A stretch of 64,000 nt of DNA from Lama glama (GCA_028534125.1 CM052816.1:54252001-54316000), one strand, 5' to 3'; counted from the first letter of the stretch, positions 12,436-27,400 are shown. The notes: generated from the letters alone by a model not told the origin. Translations and numbers: made by a program.

Positions 12436-15400
12436 GATGTTATGCTGCCTCTTATTTTCTTTCACAGCTTTGTAACTGTGAAGACTTAGATAACAAATAT
12501 TTGGACAATGAGGATTCCCTATTTCCCTGCAGATTAGGTTACTGATATTTTTATGCTTAATTTACATAGTTATATTCTTAAAACCATGTGGAAAGAATAT
12601 CCTTTAAATTTCCTATAAAATATGCTAAAGTTAGTATTTTCTATTAAAAGATAAATTGTTTATGGCTACTCTTTTCAGCACTGTTTAGGTTTTATTTGGT
12701 TACTTAAAGTTAAATTATAAGATCCAAGTAATTTTAGATGGAATGTATGTATTTTCTACCTGGTGATTTTTCTTAATGTTGTCATTTAAGATTATTTAAG
12801 TTATGAAATATGAAATACTATTAACATTTTTATTGATATTTCAGACAGGAGAAAAACTTCTGGAACTCAATGGACACACTCAAAAGATAACAGCTATTAT
12901 TACGCTTCCTTCTTTGGAAGCTTGTGAAGAAAAAAATCAGCTGATCTTGACAGCCTCTGCTGATAGAACAGTTATTATATCCTTAAATCCAGAACCAAGT
13001 GAAACAGCTGTGGTGACCCAAGGGGCCAGTACGTACATTATTAGTCTTTAGCCTCTTGGGGCCTGTCTGTACATTTCTATTTTAGCAAAAATGATTTTGT
13101 TCTACCCTTCGTAAGACATTTAAAAGTATTAGGCATCTGAAAAGTAATAGACTGGAAATAGCCGGTTAAGGCTTATTATTGATGGAAACTCCATGATTGA
13201 AGCTGTTCTTTCCAGAGTTACTATTATATCAAATTACATAAAATAGAGGAAATGAGAGAATGTAGCTTTAAAAATATTTATTACCTCAGTTTGCTTTCCA
13301 ATTTAGAGGAGCAAAGATGATTTGAACTAGAGAATAGTTCATACTTTTTTCTGCTCATTGTACAGCCAGAGAAACTTGATGCCCTGAACCCATAAGAACC
13401 TTTGAGCATCTGAGTCTGTCAGAAAAGAGAATTACCATCTGCAAGTATTTAACATATTTAGTATTTTAAAACAATTTAAAAATGTTAATTACCTCTTCCC
13501 CCTACATGTTTCGTTAAAAAATTCAAGATATAACAGCTACAGTCAAGTTTTATAAATTGTTTATGTGTACTAGGCATTGTTCTATTTTCATTTATTAACC
13601 CATTTAATCCTTGTAATAAGTATTTTTATTATTTGCATTTATAGATAAGAAAAGAGAGGCACAGAGGGATTAAGTAACTTGCCCAAGGTCATGCAGCCAG
13701 TATAGGGCAGAGTAGAACTCTAAACCACTTTGTAATACTGTTTTCATGAAGTATTTTCTTAAACAAATTTAGCCCTTTTATATTTGTATGAGGAATTGGG
13801 TCTGTGAAGGGCATAGCTAAATGTTGTAGATGACTAATTTTTCATTACTGTTTTTAAGGTGGTAATAGATTAGCTTTTAAAAGTCTGTGCTTATCTGACA
13901 ATTCTGTTTAAATAGCTTCAAGCATTAGTGAAGTAAGATACGGAGTAAGCCCAAAGTATAGGTGTTTCTTAGGCTTCTGTAGAATCAACACATACTTTAT
14001 GACACGTTTTAAATGAGCTTGTCAGCTGAAGTGATTTCTACACGGACTGCCAGTGGGCAAAAAAATTTCAAGAGAAGGTTTAAATAGGGATAAGCTATAT
14101 GTTGTGATTACAATAGTGCATAAACAGGGGCATAAAATACACTTATGTTTGTGTCAGAGTAGCCCTACCACCATTGCTTTACTGGGGCAAATGTTGTTTT
14201 ATGGACGAAAGCTCTTCTTTGTTTGTTTGTTTTCAGTATCAGGATAGTCTCTGCAAAAATAAAATTTAAGGTTTATTTATGTATTTAACTGAGGTACTGG
14301 GGATTGAACCCAGGACCTTGTGCATACTAAGCACACATTCTACCACTGAGCTATACGCTCCCCTCTTAAACATAGAATTTAAAATACTTTCTTTTATTAG
14401 ACTGTACCTAAGGTACTGTAATACTATTTAGAGGCAATTATTAAAATTACTATTACAAAACAGACATGAATAGTTGGGACAACATCAGTGTAAACTTTAA
14501 CTGTAAATGATAGTATAGAGTCATTTCCTTTGCTGAATGACTTGTTAAAAATAATTTCAGTCTCGTTTGTTCATAGTTCCTTTTATTCATATGAATTCTA
14601 AATTTACTCGTTTTGGGTCTCTACTGTTAACTCCATTAATTAAATGCTGAGGGTAGATTTTAAAATTTTTATCAAGTGATAGTCTTAAGAGTCCATATAT
14701 ATACATATATTATATATACTTTATATATATTTGTATGTAAATGTGTTCTCAGATATGATAGAAAATGTATATTTTACCATAGGAAATGGTATGAAGAATT
14801 TGAAAATCATTATGCTCCTTAAGTCAAGCTAACATTGGACATTTAATGAGGAGTCTTCTAATTTATGTGTACAGGTAATAGGAATACACTGTTACTGTCT
14901 TCTTTCAATTAAGATAACAGTAGTAAACCATGCCAGTCACGTTAAGGAAGCTTTCAGTAAATGTTAATTAATGGATGTGATAGTTTTTAGTATAAATACT
15001 TTATGTTCAATGTTTATTAGATGATAGTAGACTGTTTGGGAGAATAAACCTTAAATTTTATATAGTTGCAATATTTAATGCCTGTAAAGATTCAGTATTC
15101 AGACCATTCATTTTGTTAGTATTTTCAAATAGTTAGATAGTAAAATTTAGAATGTTAAGCCTAGTATGCTAAGTTGATGAATTGATTTTTATAGTAGTAT
15201 AAACATGGAATACTTTTTGCTTTATTTAGAGATTTTCTACATAAATGTGTGATGTTTGTGATTTATTTATTAGAAAAATTTTCTCATAATTAAGGTTTTA
15301 AAATTCTGCTTAGAAATTATTTCTTAACATAAATTTAGGTATGGGATTGTGATACTGGCAGACAAGTTCAGAAAGTATCATGCTTCCAGTCTACTGTAAA

Positions 15401-18400
15401 GGTAAAGTCTTAAGTAGATACTTAATGTTAATAATCTTTTTGTTTCAGAGAAAAAATTTTTTTAATTGAAGTACAGTCAATTGCAATGTGTCAGTTTCTA
15501 GTGTACAGCATAATGTCCCAGTCATGCATATACATACGTATACTCGTTTTCATATTTTGAAAATTGTTTAATAATTCAGATGAAATTACTTCTTCCACAC
15601 ATACCTACAGTTATGTGATTCTTCTAAGACTAGATTTTGGGGAGTATATATATTAAATGCTAGAATGTTTGAATTTTAAATTAGAGCAAGGGGTGAATTG
15701 CTATTGTAAGATAAGGAAAAGATAGTACATAGTATGTTTTTAGTAGATAATTCTAGGAAGACACACTACTTTCAAAGTGACTATAGCAGAGCTGGTCTTT
15801 TTTTTTTTTTTTTTAACTTTGAACTAAAAACATGGAGTTATTTGTCCCTCAGCCTCTATCTTCTGTAAGATCATAAGGATAAGACATGGCAATTAGTTCC
15901 AAAACAACATCTTTTATGGCTAATTGGCTGCTACTATTAGGTTCATTCATTTTACAAACAGATACTAATTGAGGATTATTACTTGATAGGAACTCTGTTA
16001 CATGTTGGAGAACAAACTTGGATAAGACTTGGCTACTTTGTTTCCTATAGAAGAAATTACCTTAATTGTTTTCAGAAAATACCCCTGGTTTTCAATAATG
16101 TCAGCAATTTGGGGGTGGGATACTACTAAAGTAGAATAGTGTTTCCTCATTTCCTTTGAAGATTGCTGATCTCTGTATGGGAGCTAACACTTTTTTTTTT
16201 TAATGTGAAAAGAATTGCTGTGTGCCAGTGGACAAAGTATTTTATTTTTTTTTCCTGAAAGGCAGCATCTCTGGTAGCCATCTCATGCTACTCTGCTGTT
16301 CTAACTATCAATTTAGTAAAGTTTCAGGGAAGAAAATGCCATTTACTATATACTTGTTTCCAATTTCACAATGAGTGTCTTTGAAGAAGTCATTAAAGTA
16401 TTGACTTGATCAAGATCTGTATGCTTTATGTGCTTTAAAAAGATGCCCTTGTTTAAATTCCTTAAAAAATACCCTTGCTATCTGACTGAGGTCATTAGGT
16501 TTCAAATGAAAATACTTGAATTGAAGGAATTGAGAGGGAGAAAAAATTTAGTGTATCTGGGGAAAATTCCTTTGGTGAGCTGTTTCATGAACTGGTCAAT
16601 AAAAAATATCTTTTTCCAGTATGTGAAAGTACTTAAAGGGGTTTTACCATACTGTTAATCAGCTAGATAGTTGTATTTATTCATGCCATGAGCCTGTATC
16701 ACATAAAAAAATATTAAATATAGCATTTCACTGAGTTTAGTTCAATGGTTCAATAATTTATCAAAGAAATTCAGATCCTTAATAAATATAAGGAATACTA
16801 TTATTTATTTTTTGAACTAGTGAAATTTTTATAAGGGATAGTGTTAGCAAGGACATGGTGAAATTGGCAAGTTTATTGCCATTGAGATTATAGTTAATAT
16901 GATCTTCCTGGAAGGCAGTTGGCATTATGAATGAATCTTTAAAAATGATTATATGAATTGACCCAGTGATTCTACTTCTAGAAAACTCTTTAAAGGAAAT
17001 AATCAAAAATTTGGGCAGAGATTTATGGACAGAAATGTATATTACAAACATGTTTTATAAATGGATGATTGGTAGTATCCTTTATGTCTTATAGTTAAAT
17101 TATGGTAGATACATATGCTGAAAATGGTTTCAGAAGAATACACAGAATTTGGAAAATGCTAATGATAAAATGTTAATTAGCAAAGGCAGTATATTATCCT
17201 CAGTAAAATATTATCAAACCAAATTTAGCAACATCTCCAAGTGAGATTTATCTCAGGAATATGAGTTCAACATATGAAAAATAATACCATAGTAAGAATA
17301 AAGTGCAGAACACATGTGATCATTTTATTAGATGCAGAGAAAGCATTTGACAGACTCCCAACACTCATGATAAAAATACTCAACAAACTAGCAATAGATG
17401 AGAACTTCTTCAGCATAATAAAGGGCATTTTTATTAGGAAACCCCAGACGTAACATGTTACTAGTGAAAGACTGACTGAATACATTCCCCCTGAGTTCAG
17501 GAACAAGACAAAGATGTGTGCTCTTGGCATTTCTCTTCAACATTGTACTAAAGGTTCTGACCCAGGACAGTTAGATAATAAAATGAAGTCAAAAGCATCC
17601 GTTTTAGAAAGGAAGAAATAAAACTGTCTTTATTCACAAGTGACATGTTTTTCTATATGGAAAATCCTAAATCCATAACAAAACTATTAGTACTAATCAA
17701 TGGACTTAGCAAGATTTCAGGATACAATCTCAATGCACCAAAATTACTGTATTTCTGTAAACTAGCAATGAACATTCAAAAATGTAATTAAGAAAGCAAT
17801 TTATTTGCAGTAGCATCCAAAAGAATAAACTACTTAGAAGTAAATTTAAGGAAGAGATATGAGACTTGTATGCCAAAAACTACAAAACATTGTTGAAAGA
17901 AACTATAAAGAAAATCTAAATAAATGGAAGGAAATTCATGGATCAGATTTAATATTGTTAAGATTGCAGCACTACCCAAAATGATTAACAGTTAAACATA
18001 ATCTCTGCCAAAATCCCAGCAGGCTTTTTTCCCCTCAGAAATTGACAAGCTGATTCCAAAATTCATAGAGAAGGACAGGGGACCCCAGAATAGCAAAAAC
18101 AGTTTTGAAAAGAAAGAACAAAGTTGCATGATTCAAACTTCCAAATTTCAAAATTTGCTACAAAGCTGTAGTAATTAAGACAGTGTGGTACTGGCATAAG
18201 GACAGATACACAGGTCAATGGAATAGAATTGAGTCCAAAAATAAAACCTCACGTATACAGTCAATTGATTTTCGACAAGGGTGCCAGGACCCATCAATAA
18301 GAGAAAGAATAGTCTCTTCAACAAGTAATACTGGATTAACTAGTTATCTACATATAAAATAATGAAATTGGAGCCCATATCCAAAAATTAATTCAAAATG

Positions 18401-21400
18401 GATCAAAGACCAAAATCTAGGAGCTGAAACTGTAAAACTCTTAGAAGGAATATAGGAGTAAATCCTTGTGTTCTTGGGGTATGTAGCTTAGATATTACAC
18501 CAAAGCATAGCAACAAAAGAAAAAAATGATAAATTGGACTTCATCAAAATGAAAAGCTTTTATGCTTCAAAGGATACCATCAAGAAAGTAAAAAGACAAC
18601 CCATAGAATGGAAGAAAATATTTGCAAATCATATATTTGATAAGAAGCTTGTACATTGATTATATAAAAAGAGCTCTTAGAATTTATCAATAAAAAGATA
18701 ATTAAAAGTAGACAAAGAATTTGAATTTGAAAGACATTTCTTTAAAGAATATGAGCAAATGGCCACTAAGCTCATGAAAAGAAGCTCAATATCGTTAGTC
18801 ATGAGAAATACAATTCAAAACTATAATGTAATATTACTTCACATATACTAGGTGGCTAATATCTAAAAAAGAGATAATAACAAGAGTTGATAAAGATGTA
18901 GAGAAATTAGAACTTTCTTACATTGCTGATGGGGTTATAAAATGGTACAGCCACCTTGGAAAGTAGTTTGATAGTTCATCAGATTGTTAAACAGAGTTAT
19001 CACTTGACCCAGCAATCTCCTGTGTATGCCCAAGAGAAATAAAAATGTATGTCCGCGCAGAAACATCTACATGAGTGTTCATAGCAGTATTACTCATAAT
19101 AGCCCAAAAGTGGAAACAGCCTAAATGTCAGTGAACCAACGAATGAACAGAATGTTGTATACCCATACACTGGAATATTTTTTGGCAATAAAAAGGAATA
19201 TAGTACTGACATTAAAAAAAAACCAGAGATTAGACACACTAGGATCTCTTAAAATATAAACTGCACTGATATTTTCAACCCTTTTTTTTCCCCCAGCAGT
19301 TTTAAAAGCAACCCCACCCTCAGCCCAGGAAAACTTCCAGAACCTTTTTTTTTTTTTAATTCTTTTCTCTTGCCCTTGTGCTCACTCAGAGTTGATAGGT
19401 GGGGAGAATACTGTTAAAGGACTTCTGTCAACCTTGAAACAATTAATTTCCTGAGTTACGAATTAAGGAGATATTAATTTGTGAAAGATATAGAAAAAAA
19501 TAAGGTCATATTTTCAGTTTTACTTTAAAAGTTTATTTTAAGCTTGTGTATCAGTTACCTGTTACTGAGTAACAAATTACCTCATAACTTACTTGTTTAA
19601 AACAGTATTATCTCAGTTGTTTGCAGTCAGGAATAGAAAGCAATTTAGCTGATGGTTCTGGCTCAGTGTCTCATGAGGTTGCTGGCACCTGAAGGTTTGG
19701 CTGGAGTTGGAGGTGTTAGGGGCTCACATGCTTGGCAAAATTAGTGCTGGTTATTGTCCAGAGGCCTCACTTCCTTGCCATGTTGATCTTTCTCCATAAG
19801 GCTGCTTGTATGTCTTCTTCACCATGGAGTGAGTGATTCAAGAGAGAGCAAGGAGGAAGCCACCATGTCTTTTACAACTTAGTCTTTTAAGTCACACACC
19901 ATCCCTTCTGCCCCATTCTATTCATTAGAAGTTGGTCACTTAGTAGAGCTGACATTCAAGGGGAAGAGAATTAAGCTCCACCTCTTGAAGCAAAAGAATA
20001 TTAAGGAACTTGTGGACATATTTAAAAACCACCAATGAATGCTTGAATTTCTAAACTTATAAATATTTTACATGAATTTTGCAGTGTTTAGCTGTTCTTC
20101 GGAGACTAGATGTTTGGCTCTCTGGTGGGAATGACCTGTGTATGTGGAACCGAAAATTAGATCTCCTGTGTAAGACCAGTCACCTTTCTGATACAGGTAA
20201 AAAATCAAGGTAATTGTGAACCATGACAGACTCTAAAAAGACACAATGAATCTTCAAAGAGACTTTCCATAAATACAAAGATAATATAGGTGATTTTTCT
20301 TTTCAGTTCTGAGTATAAGATGTAGCCATATTTCTCCAATTCAGGTTAAGGGCTGTGCAAAATGTATTTCTATCTCAAACTGGAAGGAAATATCCCTTCT
20401 TTTGCCTTACCCTTTGCTTCTAACAGAATTTCTCAAAAGTGATCAAGAAAAACCTTTTCATACACGCTCTCAGGCTGTGCCCTAAACTGAGTTTGATGAG
20501 CATCCTGACACCTGGAAGCAGACCTTTATGACAATAGCATTTTCTTCTTTATTTGTGGGGTCGTAGGACTTTGAGTAGATTCCTAAGGATGACCTTATTT
20601 TTCAGTTGGTTTTAGTAAAAAGTTCATTAATGTGCAAACTTACTAACAAAATTCTATTTTCTCAGAATCCTGTTGACATACATTTTTGGTTTTAACAGAA
20701 TAAAAATCAGTTTTGACATATTGATATCAAGGATCTTTAAAAAATTAAAATTTATTCAGAGAAAAAAGTTTAAGTATAAATGAGTAAATTTAAATGACAG
20801 TAACCTTGAAGTTTTGTGATACACTACTATTTTTGTTTCTAAAAGTAATGAAATGAACCCTTGCACATCCTAGAAAGAATACAGCCATACCTTGTTTTAT
20901 TGTGCTTTGCTTTATTGGCCTTTGCAGATACTGCATATTTTTTTTTTTTACAAATTGAATGTTTGTGGCAACCCTGTGTCAAGCAAGTCTGTCAGCACCA
21001 TTCCTTCAACAGCATTTGTTCACTTCATGTTTGTCACATTTTGGTAATTCTTGAAATATTTCAAACCCGCCACCAGCAGAAAGATTACGACTGACTGACG
21101 GTTCAGATGATGATTAGTATTTTTTTAGCAGTATTTTTAAATTAAGGTATGTACATTATCTTTTTAGACATACTGTTACTGCACATTCAATAGGTGACAG
21201 TATAGTATAAATGTAACTTTTATATGCACTGGGAAACCAAAAAATTTCTGTGACTTGCTTTCTTGTGATAATTGCTTTATTTTGGTGGTCAGGAAGCAAA
21301 CCCGAAATATCTCCGAGGTATGGCTGTGTCATTAAGCATATTGTTGACGTCTTAAAGGTAGCCGGAACCCTGTGAGTTGAATTTACACTTCATGACTGGA

Positions 21401-24400
21401 ACTAGCTTATCTCCACTTTGGTATTATAAAATATCAGAAAAAAATATGATATATTAGCAAAATTAAATCCGTACCTTACTAGGATTTACAATTTAATCTC
21501 TCAGTTCAGCATTTGATCACTAGTAATCTTGTTTGACTCTAGAGTGTATTTTCATGTTTACTATTATCATGAGTTATATGTCTTTATTTACATGTTCTTT
21601 TCTATTTCTTATACTAGCCTGTGGTTATCTGTGAGGTTTTGTTCCATGAATTGTCAGTAACTGTTGTGAAATACTGAAATCAGAGCTAAAAAGAACTTTT
21701 TGTATGTTAATGGAAATAACTACCTATTGTGGCAGTCTGTCTGCCTTTACGAAGTTATCTTTGCGTACTATACATTAAGTAGTCACAGTGTGGCTCTGTT
21801 TATCAGTGTCTCAAGAGAGCAGAAACCTCTGAGAAAATCTGTCGGAAAGCTTTGAAAAGCCTTAGATTTCCGTTGTGAGCTTTTTATGATTTGGATTTTC
21901 CAGATTACAGGATGCCAGGTGGTTAGTAGTACTATTAGACCCTTATCTTAGGAAACTCCTTTCAATAAGGCTTGCTTGATTTAAGGGCTGGTAGGGCTTT
22001 GGGGGCAGTTATTATGTATTTGGAAATAAGCAAAGATAATCTTAGTCAGTATGATGCAATGGAAAGAGCCTTGGACTAGAAGACAGGACATCCATGCCCT
22101 TTCCAGCAGTATGTTGTGATTCTCTGCATTAAGTTGCTAATTCTGGATTACTGAGTTTCTAGTATTTTCATTTTACAAATAATTTGACAAACTTTTTTTT
22201 TTAACAAGCTGTTTTCTGCATCTGGAATTCCCTTGCTACCCTTTCCCCCACTCTCCTATCTCTTCCACTTCTTTATCTTGCTCCTCCCTTTTATCCTCCT
22301 CCACCATCATCTCCTCCTCCTGAACATGGGAAAATACAAAACACTACTGTTAAAACAACCCTATGTGGAGAAAAGATTTTGGCCAGAAATACTCCCTAAG
22401 TGGGTAGGTAGGAAAAGCACATGAATAGAATATTTTCCAAATTTGCATGTATGTTACAAATTACATGTATATTTATAAATTACATGTATTTTATAATGGA
22501 AAAGTTAACTTTAATAAACTAGTTTTTTGCCCACATATGTGGGGGGTTTGAATATAATACATGAATTTTTAAATTCTTGCTTAAAAAAAGTAGTAATATA
22601 TCTTATAGAAGTTATGGTTACCCTAAAATCATTTCATGATTCAGCTATAAAAAGATACTTAGAACTGTATAGTTAATAAGTGAAATGTGATGGAATGTTG
22701 AATTTGGTTATTCCAGTAATACAACGAATTTTGTAAATGTACTGATTAATTATAAATATGCTATTTGAAGGCGACTTTCTTAGCTGTTGACTGTTGGCTA
22801 ACTCATTTACTGCCAGGGTGCCCACCCAGTTTTCTTAAGTTTACGTTGAGGAAAATGCTAACTTTACATCTCATTTGAGCTAGCCATCTTGTAAATGGTG
22901 ATGGTGATTATCTTAAGGAGTCCCTGGTGAATAAGTTCACCATAGTAAAAATATTCAAAGAGCATATCCTATCCTTAATAAATCAGTAATGTCTTCCAAA
23001 GGTCTCACCTACTTTTCACAGAATCATTTTCCATATGTAAGCAAGCAAGGAAGTGTGATATAGAAAATTGTGTGTGCTTTAGTTCCCACCCCCTTTATGG
23101 GAAATGACTGACATAAATCTGAGAATGTTTTTATTTTTGATGTAATCCAGGAAGAAAATAATCTGACCTTTGTTTTATGTGTTTTTGAAGGGATCAGTGC
23201 TTTGATTGAAATACCTAAGAACTGTGTTGTGGCAGCAGTTGGCAAAGAACTGAGTGAGTATGACTCCTTTTTTCTTTTATTTCTTTTGTTTTAAAATTTT
23301 AAACTAGACTTGTATACACGTTTTAGAAAGACTGATCAGTTTTTTATTTAAGGGACATCTGCCCCTGCCCTAGTCTTGGCCTCCTAGGATTGTTGAAGTG
23401 ATACGGAGCCTGAGACATTTTCAAGATGTTAGGTCAGTTTTTGTACCATGCTTGGACTGGCACAGCCAAATGGGCAAGGTGACCCCACTGCTCAGATGCG
23501 GGAGAAGGCCACTTACATTCCACAGTCCTCTCTGTTGCTGATCCACACTCATACACTTACTTAGCAAAAATTTTAGCCACATGAAACAACTGTCCACATT
23601 CTAGAAACGAGAAACTTGAGTTCAGAGTGTTGGAGGAGGATCAGTTTGGGATTTCACCAAGGCAGGAGCTGTGGAATGTTTGCCTTAGGAAGCCAGAACA
23701 GGACGCGTTTTGAACGGGGCCCATTTTCTTGCAGGGAGTTTACACCATTTCCCTCGGAGCAGTGGGACAGCAGAAGGAGGGGGTAGCAAGAGGAATTTTG
23801 CAAATGTATTAATTGATTATAAACGTGCTGCTTGAAGGCCACTTTCTTAGCTGTTGTCTGTTGGCTGACATTTACCACCAGGAGCCCTCAGTGAAAAAGC
23901 CTTTTGTGCTCATTGCCTTGTAGGTGAAATTTGGGTACTGAGAAGAGAGAGAGTAGACATACTTCTTAAAAGCTACTTTTTTCTTGAAGAATTTTTCTAA
24001 TGTAGCCCAGAGGGCATTTAATATTACTTGTGCTTCTTATAGAGCCAGTCTGAGATTTGCTGTGACCATCAGTTGGCATGTTTGCAAATACCAGTGAGAC
24101 ATGAGCTAATTGTTCACCATTTATCAGCTGCTGTCTGCAGGCTCCGCTGCTTTGCAGCCAAGTTCCTCTTTCTTCAATTAACCTTTACATGTGTAATCAT
24201 GTCTGAGAAGTAATTTTCTAGACCCAGTGCTTATCCTTTATTTTCAGAAAGTAGCTTCTAAAAATATAATTTTGTGTTTATTTTTTCTTTTCCCTTCCTT
24301 GCAGAAATTTAATTTTCCCACATTTCTTACCAAGCTGGAAAGATGCCTAGTTTTTCCCTGCCTTTTTCCTCTTGTAGCTGATCACTCACTTGTGTTTTGC

Positions 24401-27400
24401 TGGTTTTACTCTAACTCAGTGGTTTTCAAACTTAAGGGTGCATGAGAGTGACCTGAAGGGCTTGTTGAAAACACAAATTACTGGGCCTTACTCCCAGAGT
24501 TTCTAATTCACTAGGTCTGGAGTGGGGCCTGAGCGTCTGCGTTTCTAGCAGTTCCCTGATGGTGCTGTGGTTGCTGGTCTGGGACCATACGCTAAGGACT
24601 GCTGCTCTAAATATTTTGATCCACTTCTTTCCATCTCACTACTGTTGCTCTGTTCAGACTCTCATCTCCTCTTTTGCCTGGCCCGAGGCAACAGTCTTCT
24701 GACTTATCTTCCTTCCTCTACTTTAGTGCTTCTCAAATGCTTTCTCCTCTAGTTTAGTGCTTCCCAGGTACATTCTGTAGTAGATGCTAGAGGGATCTAT
24801 CTAAAATGCAGTCTTCAGAGCTGCAGCGGCAGCCTGCCTACATCAGTCACTTCCGGACTCTCAAATTCCTGACTAGTACAAAAGGTACAGTCTTGCAGAG
24901 ATCAACACAGAGTTGCCAATTTTTATTTTGTTTCATGAAAACATTAAAAACCAAAAACCAGAAACCAAACTGCCATTTACTACCCTCATTTTGTAAAAAT
25001 AACTTTTTAACAACAAAATAAGAAGAACATGATCTCAGAAAAAGAGTAAGTCTTTAAATTGAATACACTTAGTTTTATTAAAAAACTTATGTGGCCCTTA
25101 TTTTTTCTCATTTTTGCCCCAGATGAGAGAAATCCTTGCCCTAGGGACCAATGTAAGGACACCAATAGCCTGCAAGATGAAGTCCGACTCTTCATCATAT
25201 CAAATCATGCCCTCCACTGTCTCCCTCCTGCCTCCTTTGAGTCCTGCATCACTTTCTTCTTAACTCTGAACTGCCTGGGATTCTCCCGCCTGAGGTGTCT
25301 CTCACCTCTGTGCCTTCATTTCTGCTGTTACCCTGTATTGGACTTGCTCTCCTACTCATTGTCTACTTACTCTTTAAGAGCTCAGCTCCAGTATCTCTTT
25401 TTTCAAGGATGAAGACTTGGTTACCTAATACCTCCCCTCCCAGAGGTTTTACCTGTTTTTTCATAATCTCATATTAATCATTTCACTTATTTCTTTAGAA
25501 ATTTCTTTTGCTTTTTGTTCTCTCCGTGCCCCCACCCTTTCAGAATGGCAGCTCCTTTGTGATTGGAACTTTCTCCTAACAGATAAGAGATTTTTACTGA
25601 ATGAATGAATGAATTAGTGAATTCACTGAAATAGTAATAAAAGCAACACTAATACCTCAACAGAAGTTAGAATATCATCTAAAAAGGGGAAGAAATGAAA
25701 GTTCGTTTTGTTCAGAAAATAATTCATAAAAAATACAAATATTCTTAAAAAGTTTCTGCATTTTACTTAGTTTTATCATAAAATATGCCATTTTTCCCTA
25801 TGAAAATAAATTTTATTCCTGTAAATGTACTATTTTTTTCTATTTCCAGGACCAAGCTTGTGTCCATGTCCTTGGTTTTAAATGTTTCATATCAATTTCT
25901 CTTTTTCTATCTGAGTGCTCCTTTCAACAAAGTATAATTTCTGTGTGCACCAGCTGTAGTGACTTTGAGGCTTTATTAGGTAAGCAAGCTCTCGGCTCTG
26001 AGTACTCATCCTGGTTCAGAAAGCCTGGATTTTTTTTTATCAACCTTTTTTTAGAATTGGTTATTGCCGCTCTTTTATCTTCTGATCTAATTCATATTTG
26101 TTTTATTTCCTTGAAGTTATTACACATGCAGTCGTGAATACTTGTCTCTAGAGGCTGTGTTCATGGACTCACCGAACAGTTTCATATTATCTTTTAGTAC
26201 TTCGTAGTTTTTTAGTTAGTATTTCAGGTTTGTCTCTGAAGTTTAATTAAACAATACATTGCTTGTTATTCTGCAGTCCCAATCTCAGCATCATTTGGTA
26301 GTATTCCGACCGAAGTGGAGTTTTCACTCCGCTTTGCTAAGTATCTGGAAGAATTCCCTTTGTATTGACTGAAAGACCGTCTTTTTTTGACAGCCACAGT
26401 TTCAGTGTGAATGGCTGTCAGGATTAAATAACCTTGCCAGAGATTTGTCAGCTGGTAAAATATTGTCCAGAGACAGACAAAGAAATGGGGTGTGACCTGT
26501 TTTCCAGAGAGGAATGTGAGAAAGAAGAGAGACTTTAGTAATTAGCCATCACTTGGAAAGAATATAGCCTCTGAGACCTTCCCACTTGTCAGATGCTAGT
26601 TTTCCTAAGCTGTGAGCATCCACAACACTTGGTACAGAAGCTATTATAGCACTTAATACATTGATTAGTACATGGTTTATAAGTCCCACTCTAGACTGTG
26701 AGTATTTCAGGGAAGTAACTGAAACTTATTTACGTATGATATCTAAGATCCTGGAACATGGTAGTAAATGTTTGGTAAATGTTTATTTATGGAGTCACTC
26801 CGGTTGATTTTAGGTTTTCTATAGTGATTAAAGATAGAATTTATACTAGCTTAAATAAAACTTAAAGTCAGACAGTGAATAAAGCAATACATTGAGCATC
26901 TGTTGTAGTCCAGAAGAACTGTATGGCACTCACAAATTAGAAGGCATATTCTTTCAGAGGATTTGTAATTTATTAGTGTATGCCTAGGTGTCAAGAAAAG
27001 TAAAATAAATAAATAAATAAAAGCAGCTGCTGACGTCTTCACTGATTTGAAGTTAAACACAGATCTGTAGCTGGTTTTGTAGCAGTGCTCGCTGGCCTGG
27101 CATAAGTAGAGAAAGCTAATGGTGGAGATGACTTAGGGATGTCCACCAGTCCCTGGCTAAGGAGAGAGTAAGGTGGGATAGCTGCTCATGCACTAAGGGT
27201 CTAGAGAGGAAGGGAGCTTCATGATTGGTTGTGGGTTTACAAGAGTTTTCATAAAGGAACAGAGAAATCCTTGGGATTTTAGTAGATCATTTCATACGTC
27301 TCAAGCATTTGAAAGAAATATTTTAAAGTAGTGTGAAGAAGGCTGTCTTTGGAGATGGGTTTTTCAATATTTTAGGTATTTATCACTTAGTGAAATGGTG

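Larger units (their letters stand above)
12977..15338 (+). other. WDR41: U12-type (minor spliceosome) intron of WDR41 with AT-AG termini, 2362 nt
   Basis: 5' end ATATCCTT matches the U12 consensus. Branch site TTTCTTAAC at 15320-15328 lies about 11 nt before AG, with no polypyrimidine tract. This junction restores ...DRTVI|VWD. Confidence 0.88.

Noticed and set aside
14285..14365. tRNA gene
   Set aside because: A/B boxes belong to a SINE head with an A-rich tail and sister copies; no intact cloverleaf.
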